From Styela clava (lineage: Eukaryota), in the NCBI RefSeq assembly GCF_964204865.1, contig NC_135264.1, forward strand, positions 4,960,001-5,024,000: DNA of 64,000 bases. The letters run 5' to 3'. Shown one piece after another: positions 55,553 to 64,000 of the stretch (its first letter is position 1; every line of letters begins with the position of its first letter). The notes under the pieces were generated by a model that saw only the letters and a list, made by a program, of their open reading frames with translations, was not told the DNA's origin and made no database searches. Position numbers and translations under genes: made by a program.

Positions 55553-56652
55553 TAATTTCATTGAACAAAGGGGCAAGATACCTAATAAAAACTGGTACCA
55601 ATTTGACTATGAACTCTACCCAGCACCTTGCACGTTTCCTGTGTGAAAGAAACCTTCAATTACATATTGGATTTAAAAATCTGTTTTAAGTAACAAAAAA
55701 TATCAAATATATATATATCATTTTTTACTGGCATTGTTCATTGTATTCGTTATATATATTCCTAAGCTACTCTCTTACTAAATAATATTAACAGCAAGAA
55801 AGTAACAATCACCCACACACACACACACACACATATATATATTTTTATTTTAAATTTATTTGTACATTCACACATTTTTGAAGAATTAACAAATATTTCA
55901 TTCTGCAAAACTGCATAGACTTGACATAACAACGAAAGAACGGTAGGCTCGAAAGAAAATTTCCTGCACTGAAGTAAGAATATTCAAATTTATCGAGAAC
56001 TTGAGATAACGTTCAAATCAGTCTGTGGTAAAATTAGTGTAAAAAAATATGTTATTCATTTTAGATATTGTTGAGCTGCTTTTTATTTAGCGACACATGT
56101 CCATGCTAACTTCCATTTATTCGTTGATTTTCAACAGGCGTCTTTTTGACACTCACGTTTCGACGTTTGCTGGATAATGAAAAACCTATAACATGAGATG
56201 GTGATATTCGGCATAAATGTCTAAATGCCTGCTAAGGTTGTTAAAATAAATCTCGATAAGCGTTGAAAACACTATTATCAACGTTATTCTATCTTTATTG
56301 AGACTTGAAAAGATAGATTTAAAACACAGTCATTATACAATTTAAATATGAGGTGTTACACCACTTAATTAATAACCCACTTTAAAAAAAAATTATTTGA
56401 ATATTCAGAATGTGGCATATATACCAGTGCAGCTGGTATCGCTAACAACAATATCTATATAATCTCATCGATTTGAGACCCCACCCCTAAAATATAAAGG
56501 CTGGGAGGCATACTTCCCCACAACTTATATACGGAGCTGTTAATAGGCATACTTGAAACTATTGTATGTACCGGCAACCTTTCATGATTTCATTGAGAAA
56601 ATCTTATATAAAGGTGAGTGAAGAGGGTGTTGAATTAACTTATTTTACTCAC

Positions 56653-58793
56653 GACTTGGCTTCTTTTTGATGGTGGTTGGATCAAAAATATCCTTTGCGT
56701 CCGTACTCTCAACTTCGTCGTCGACGGCCTCGGCTTGAAAAAAGGATCCTCGTATCCTTGGATGACGAGTTAGGAACAAATCTTTTTTTCTGTTGAGAAA
56801 TAAAACAAACTCAAAAATTTTCTATTGTATACAGTCAATGTTTCACACTGGGATATCTTGTCTGGTAGATGATTGTTAGATTGAACTTCAAGGCCAAAAT
56901 TTACACATCGGATGAAATCGTTGCCAGTACTGTAAACAGATAGTGAATTAATTTGCTGGCGCTCAATTTAAAATTTACATCAATCATGTGAGCTTGATTG
57001 TACTGATTTCCAAATTTGCGTTTAGGACATTGGGAATGACTACTAGTATGTTCGTGTTCATTGTGATTTCACTTCACATATAGTGATAGTAACATTTGGA
57101 AGGTTGAGCTTCAACCTTCAACCTCAAGGGAAAGGACTAAATAAAATCCTAAAAATAGTCTCGGAATATCTAGTGAAGAATATTACCTGTATACGAAAAG
57201 TGCAAAAATTACTACCGTTGCCACTAGCAGAAGAATAATCAAGGTGACTGCAATGTGATATCCAGTACATGCACAGTATCTCTCGTTTGAATATGTCACT
57301 TCGGTATTGTTATCGTCTTTGTATATGTCAGTAGTTTTTGAGAACGTTGACACTCGAATTGTACTTTTTGTGTTTGCAACATTTAGGGTTGAAGTCTGAG
57401 TAGCTGAATTTGTGGCTGAGTAACAAAATGAAATAAGTCATTCGTTCGATTATATTATATATATAGTCAAAATAACGGTAGCAATCGTAAAAAAGATAAC
57501 GAATTCGCATTTCTATCCAATCTTAAAATTCAGTATTTAATTAACTTTAATACCTTAACGTAATTCACTCTGAACAAGAATTTACACAAGCAGCCACGGA
57601 TAGGAGCTAAAGAGCTTCCTTTTTGTGAAGAACCGTAATACTTCTGTAACTTTTTTAATTACATGTTCTATAAATTGATTCACACAACATATACGTCCAT
57701 TAGAACTAAGAAAAAATACTCTGAGCAATACTTACTAGGGTATGGTGGTGGTATACTTTGGTATGTAATATTTATTTCATTTCCGTTGAATTTACTGAAC
57801 TTCCTAAACGTAATTGTATTCAGAGAAGTCTCTTCAATTCTCCAGATTGCACAGCGACGAGGTTTTATCTTCTGCTTCAAATGTGCAAAATTTATAGACG
57901 ATATTGAGCGTTTAAAGATATGACACACGGGTTCATCGGATTTGCACGGTAATAGTCTGTTATCTGAAAATGAAAATCGAGTATAATGAATGCATAGATT
58001 TTATGTTATTAATTTCGAAGGTAATGCGTCTTTGCAATTAATTAACATTTCCATCGACTGCGCACAGTATGCCTGATTATATCGTTTTTGGTTCGGTTAA
58101 TAAAACCAAGATGTGCCATTGAGTAGCTTATTGGATAAATGCTAGACGGTTTATTTAAATTATTGTTATTGAACCAATACTCGTTTTCAGTATTTAAAAA
58201 AGTAAAATGATCAAAAATTTACCAGAGTTTATGTAAATATCAGCAGTACATGTGATATTGTTGTAAAAATTATATGACGGGATGTAGACAACGTGAAGAC
58301 ACTCAGGATTTGAAATTGCAGGAATCTTCCATCGACATCTTCCTCTCACCATGATTTTGGTGGTGTCTATCACTCCAGAAACAGTATCTGCGATGTCTGT
58401 TGGTATGTTACAGCTGTCAACACCACAAATTGAAAAATATCCTAGAAAACAAATATTTAATTATTTTTCATGCTTCATATTTGGTAATTCGAATGTGGCC
58501 CCATTTTCACAAATATTATTTTAAAAATTTCAAACGTTCCTATGATGTTGATATCAATTTGTTTGATAACGTTCATTTACCCACCTGTTATCTGAAGAAG
58601 TAGCGTTCTGAGAATTTTCATTTTTAATTCTGACTTCTAATTATAAATACATTAAATATTAATTAACTAAAATAGAAGTTATAATTATTAATCGTGGTAA
58701 TCACTTTTTTCAAGCTCACTCCAATTTGATTCTTTTTTAATGTACCAACAGAAGTAGAATTATATAAATAGGCCGGGTTGAGGTTGACGACAT
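56653..58793 (-). CDS. single-pass membrane protein with divergent CUB-like ectodomain (ends uncertain)
   Basis: Exons 58441-58223 (C..TVSGVI..GRCRWKI..C), 57963-57736 (..EINITY..), 57316-57187 (TM IAVTLIILLLVATVVIFALFVYR) and 56789-56653 (basic tail). Candidate signal exon starts at ATG 58793 (MSSTSTRPIYIILLLL). Confidence 0.6.
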
Positions 58794-60027
58794 GGCATGT
58801 CTACTCTCATCTTGGTATATGAACAGAAAGTAACTTTCGTTTTTCCTATTGTCATGAACAAACGTTTGATAAATTCGCTCATGAATTCCTCTGTACTATC
58901 AATCCACGGCATATATTATTCACACCTGATCTCACCTAACATCATTGCAATTCCAAACTATTTATGCAACGGAATTTTTATTGATCGACCAATGTAATTT
59001 TCCAAGTGTGACGTAATACTATTGATGACGAAAGTTTAGTTTGTCATAGTCGTTGGGTTTTTCCCAAATTTAATCGTCGAAATCGGGAAAATGGTTAAAA
59101 AATCGCAAACTAAGGTAAAGTTTTTTTCGTTTCGTAATATGAGGAAAATATCTACCGTACAATCACAACCCGGACTCTCGGTATCACATATTTTTATAAT
59201 AACATGAATCTTCAACGTGAACATCTTTTGCAATTTTCTACAATGAAAAATCCATTCGACCATTTTATTAAGACTGTCAAATTACGAAACGATCTCCACC
59301 AAAACTGTGGAACTTAAAATAATTTAAGCTGATACTTGAATCTAAAGAAAGCTGTCGCATCCTGTCTCCCATTCTAAAGTTATGAAAGTGAAATTCCTTC
59401 AGGTATTTTTTATTATACTACCGACTTCATTGTTGAATACGTTTGTCTTGATTCACTCAAATGTGCTTCAGTGGCAACTTTTATTAACATAATGAATTTC
59501 TATTTCCCTGACTCTCGAGCATATGCATTCTGAGTTGCATTTTTACAAGCGCTCCTGAAAACTTATTTATTATAGTTTGTCCCAAGTCAGTTTTTCGATG
59601 ATATATACATATAGTAAATTATTATCAATAGCCCACACGTAATATTCGATAAGATTTACGTATGACGTCATCGTATGTTCCAAAACTTAGTGTATGACAA
59701 TAGTAGGCGAAAACATGAGTAATTTCACGTTCCTTAGCGATTTCCAAACACTGTGTAAATAATATGGTATGACCGACTTCGACTTTATCAGCATTGGAAT
59801 ATTTTTAATGGTAAGAATAATGAGTAATAGGAGTTGTTCAATTCCACAGTATGCTCATCCCTGCCCCCTCACATTCTATGATGACTGCTTGGTTAAGTTT
59901 TTCGCATATAAAACCAACGTATATGTATGCAGTTTAATCGTAATATAAAAACGTTTAAAACTGTAAAGAAAAGCAATTATTACGATTTTTAAATTTTCAC
60001 GATGTGATAAATGTAGATGTCCATTTT

Positions 60028-61672
60028 TCAAAATTCACAGACAACACCATCACGCGCATTGTTTGGATCATAATTCCACATATTTTGAGGGGATGTGCTG
60101 GGATCTGGTCGAACTTGAAGGTTGATTTGAGTGTATGCCGCGTTTGCTGATGGGTAACCAGGGTACCATATCATGTACGGTGCTGATGTACCACCTCTCA
60201 GATAAACTTCACCGTCCTGAAACAAATATTAAATTGGTTTTTAAAAATAGGGGGGGCGCATGAAGATTTCAGAAACGAATACTTTTATTCGAATCGAAAT
60301 TAATCACGAGTCTTTTTTTCGCAATAGACATCCAATCACACAAGTAATCGAAAACATAGAATCCATCACTCAAACGGTTCACTGAGTGTTCATACCAAAT
60401 AAAATACCATGTTTAATCAAAACCTCATTAGGAAGAGAAGAGTCCTATGTCAGAATTGCATTTTGTGGCTCCAGTAAAAAAAATGACGAATTCACCTCGA
60501 CCTTTGGCGAACAATAAAAAAAAAGATGGAGGCAATTCGAAATTTTTGTCTAGACCGATTCCAATAATTTACTATTCGATTCCAAATGCCAGCCATAGTC
60601 GAAACGAATGCACGGCATTTCAAACAAATAGAAACTTGAACTAGTCATAATTATATTTCATAATACAGAGTTAAACAATGCTACAATTCTGCCTTAGATG
60701 TTTTAAAATTGGTCATAAATTTCCAAACGAAGTTATGCATTTACCGTTTTTTTGTATGTCATTCCAAGCCATGGTTCAATGTAGTATCTACCATCTGGAA
60801 ATACAGATCTAATGTATGAAGTTAATTTATCGTATTGTTCTTTGCTGTATATATTAGCGGGTTCGGCGCCAATTTTTTTGCATTCTTGTTTTGCTCTCAC
60901 ATAGTTCATCTTTTCAAAGGTCACAAAGAAACATATGTTATCATGTTTCACATGACACCAAGCTAAATAAAAAACAAATTGATCACAGTTAAAAAACGAT
61001 TCAATTCCACGAATAATTGCGATTTGAAATGTGGGAAATACCTTTCTCAAAACGATCCTCCAAATATTCCAGTCTTGGTAACAACTTCTGGAATTCTGTC
61101 AATTTAAAAAATAACACAATTCAAATATACGATACGATTTTTAACGTATTTTCACTATTTGAATACATTGAAATTATTATCTAGGATTTCGATGCTACTA
61201 GAATTGGAACTGAAACGCGAAGATGTCCAAGTCTCCTATCAATGGAAATACATATCATGTATAATTGAGCTTATAAAAGATAGATGACACCATGTCATAT
61301 ATGTATAAAACTCTTTATTTCAATTCTTAGAAGTAATAATGATTTTAAGTAGTTTAACACGGTGAATTTGTTAGACTCACCTGTTACGACTTTGTTCTGG
61401 ATTATCAACTCAATTCTGTCGTAATCTACGACTGCTGTTTCACCAGGTAGACCCTGTGGTCCAACGTCACCTTTGTTGCCTCGCGAGCCTTTTGCACCTC
61501 TTTTTCCAGGTCTACCCTGTGTTTTTGCTGTTTGGTTGTGTGTTAGAGACGTTTGGGATTCAGTCGTAAACACATCTTGAACGTCTTTACAAATCATATG
61601 ACGATCTATTGCTTGTGACGTGCGCCAACAAATAAGACACACCAAACTTTGTAACAAGTACAACTTCAACAT
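60028..61672 (-). CDS. collectin-like protein (signal peptide, short collagen, neck, C-type lectin domain), 3 exons
   Basis: Exons 61672-61381 (signal, 9 Gly-X-Y triplets GRPGKRGAKGSRGNKGDVGPQGLPGET, neck), 60962-60745 (C..ICFF..AKQECKKIGAEPANI..WLGM) and 60216-60028 (WYPGYPS..MWNY..VVCEF*). Confidence 0.9.
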
Positions 61673-64000
61673 ATTTACAATTTCTATGCTGTTTTTGAAA
61701 AAAAAATTCCTTATTCGATATTTTCTGTAATTGATGATGAGGTAAGCATTGTTCTCTTTCCCATTTTGTCAAATCTACTTTGCCACGATATTTTCCTGCT
61801 TAAGCATGTTTTATGACGAAATGACTGGAATTCTAAACACGTTTTATGAAAATTCACCATGACGAAAATTTGAGATCATTTAACAAAAGTTTTATTTCGA
61901 AAATCCACCCTAAACAGGTTAAGTATCTTATACAATGAAGACAATATTTTATAATAGCAGTATTAATTGTGTCTCGTGACATGTTCTTAATTCTTGCAAT
62001 CATCTTACCAAAAGCAACGATAATCTGCGCTGTTTGTCAATTTCATCTGATAAGATGGAGTCACAATATTTCTTCTATAGTCATACAATGAAACCTTTCT
62101 ATCCCATAATTTAGAAAAGCGAAAGTCTCAGTTACATTAGAAATAATACGACGTGAGATAAAACAATAAAAAGCTGATATATCTCCGAATACTAAACTCA
62201 AAAATTGGATTTTGCTTGAAATAGTATACCATCTAGTTGTGCGACACTAGTTGTGGTAATGATTGAAATAAAGTTACCCAAATGCGTGAATTCAAACTTA
62301 CAAAAATCTACACAAGATTGTCAAATATCATTGCAAACCCTATAACTGAAATTACTTCGGACATTTCATAGACTTTTAAAATCTTTTTTGCCTTGCCAAT
62401 GCAAACATATTAATACAAAAATCTACTTATTTAACTATTAGATCAACTACTGATGTGGCAACAACTACCAGCCTCGAAATATAACGATTTTAGCGATGTT
62501 CGGTTTAAAAACGTGTTCGCAGGCGAACGTGCTTCCGAAAACTGATGCTCGTTTAACGTAAGTTTTTTAAGTAACGACTTGTTCAGATACATAACTTTCA
62601 GTATGTCATCGCTCTGTAAATTTATGGGATATATTTGCAATTCGTTGGGTAACGAATATGATGAGAGTGTGGCTAAGATCAAGTGTAGCACAAGAGCGAT
62701 CACTTCTCAAACAAGCCCAGCCGAATAAAGAGAACCATATATTTTTACTTATTTCAGTTGGGAAAAAAAGAAAGCAGCCATCATCGAAGAAAAACACCAA
62801 TCACTCCGATTTGGTGACGTTATTGACAAAGCACATTCGACTTTTAACTGACGTCGAGCAAAGGAAAACACGCGTTTCGAGATGCCGAACTACAAGGCGG
62901 CGTTGAGCTGCAACATAATCTACGACCTCTAACTAAACCGTCATTGAGAATAAGGAAGTTTCTTTGACTGTCGTTGTGTTTTTGTCAATTTAGTTAAGCA
63001 ACACCCTCATATCGATAGGTATGCCAAAGTAAATGTATTTTGCAAAATCCCAAACATGTGTTTGAAATGTAGAAGTCGGTCAAAAGTTCGATTTTGTTGA
63101 CTGACTACAAGCCAAATAGCACACTCGTGCTCTCGTAACCAATTTATTCTCGGTCATTTGCAAAGATGATCCAAACACGAATCCATCCAATCTGATTGCA
63201 CCGTATTTCATACCTTTTTAATGGCCACTCAGTCAGTAGAAGATTTTAATTTACAAATGGAACCGATTTACATTCTACAGTGTGCAAACGCACTCTCGTA
63301 TTTAGGGGAGAAATGTGGAGAAATATCAAAGGCCGGGTGAGTTTCACATGTGGCGATCGAGGACCGGATAGGAGAGCTCTGTTGCAGTCTGTGTAATGTC
63401 GTTGACTGAATATTGAACAAGGCAATATATTAGTTAACTCAATGAAACGATCTATTTATTCTATTAGTTTAAAAAATATGAGGTAAGATTCAAATTTTGA
63501 TGTCATCAATGTTTGTCATCAACACCGGAATTGGAAAGCAAAACGCTTTAGGTGGGTATCCGCCAGTGAAATGTGGGTTCGATGTTAATACCTCCAAAAT
63601 TTCATTTTTCAAATGGAAATCATACACATACGTCAGTTATGCCATACCAAAATTTACTAATATTTTCAGCCACGTATTTATAATTTTGAAGCGTTTTCTG
63701 TAACGTTTTCCACGTGAGATCTCTTTAATTCCTTGAGTTGTGTTTCATTGAATGCTATTTTTAATACAGTAATTTCTGCGAAATTTTTCCATATTCAAAT
63801 AATTGCTTGATACAATTTTAGCCTTTCAAAAAATCAGGAATCTTTAAGCTTTGTCGTTGTTCTGGTATATATTATATTAATTTTGTTAATGCAGTCTAAG
63901 ACCACCGATACTACTTTATAAAACTGCATATACTTTAGACAAAGGCTCTTTTTTTGAATAATACAATAGCAAGATACCGTTTGGCATTCATTTCATTTTT

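Noticed and set aside
62440-62910. Possible BEN-domain or transposon-derived coding remnant
   Set aside because: It needs an implausibly short intron and contains stops; the resemblance is too weak to call.
1-64000. Prokaryotic-style systems (CRISPR arrays, operons, defence islands)
   Set aside because: The DNA is intron-containing animal sequence and no regularly spaced repeat-spacer array is present.

Overview
AT-rich eukaryotic (animal) genomic DNA with GT-AG introns. Gene content and compact introns suggest an invertebrate chordate, probably an ascidian (inference). Most entries in the ORF track are spurious or are single exons. Splicing by eye gives seven multi-exon genes: (1) a CILP-like secreted protein (- strand, runs off the left edge); (2) a class II GLUT/SLC2A-like transporter that has lost most canonical hexose-binding residues (+); (3) an adhesion GPCR with an N-terminal VWA/MIDAS domain, GAIN/GPS and 7TM (-); (4) an UNC93A-like MFS protein (-); (5) a 280-aa TICAM/TRIF-like TIR adaptor whose C-terminal RHIM (VQVG) forms only after splicing, with a duplicated 3' splice site that could switch the RHIM off (-); (6) a CUB-like single-pass membrane protein (-); (7) a short collectin with a non-canonical C-type lectin domain (-). 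There is also an 85-aa helical ORF head-to-head with the transporter. Intergenic and intronic DNA holds hAT MITEs with 8-bp TSDs, a Tc1/mariner-like MITE, Helentron/DINE-1-like repeats, L1/Tx1 LINE remnants, a deleted NeSL/Utopia-type retrotransposon and a probable tRNA-derived SINE. All homology calls come from recalled motifs, not database searches.
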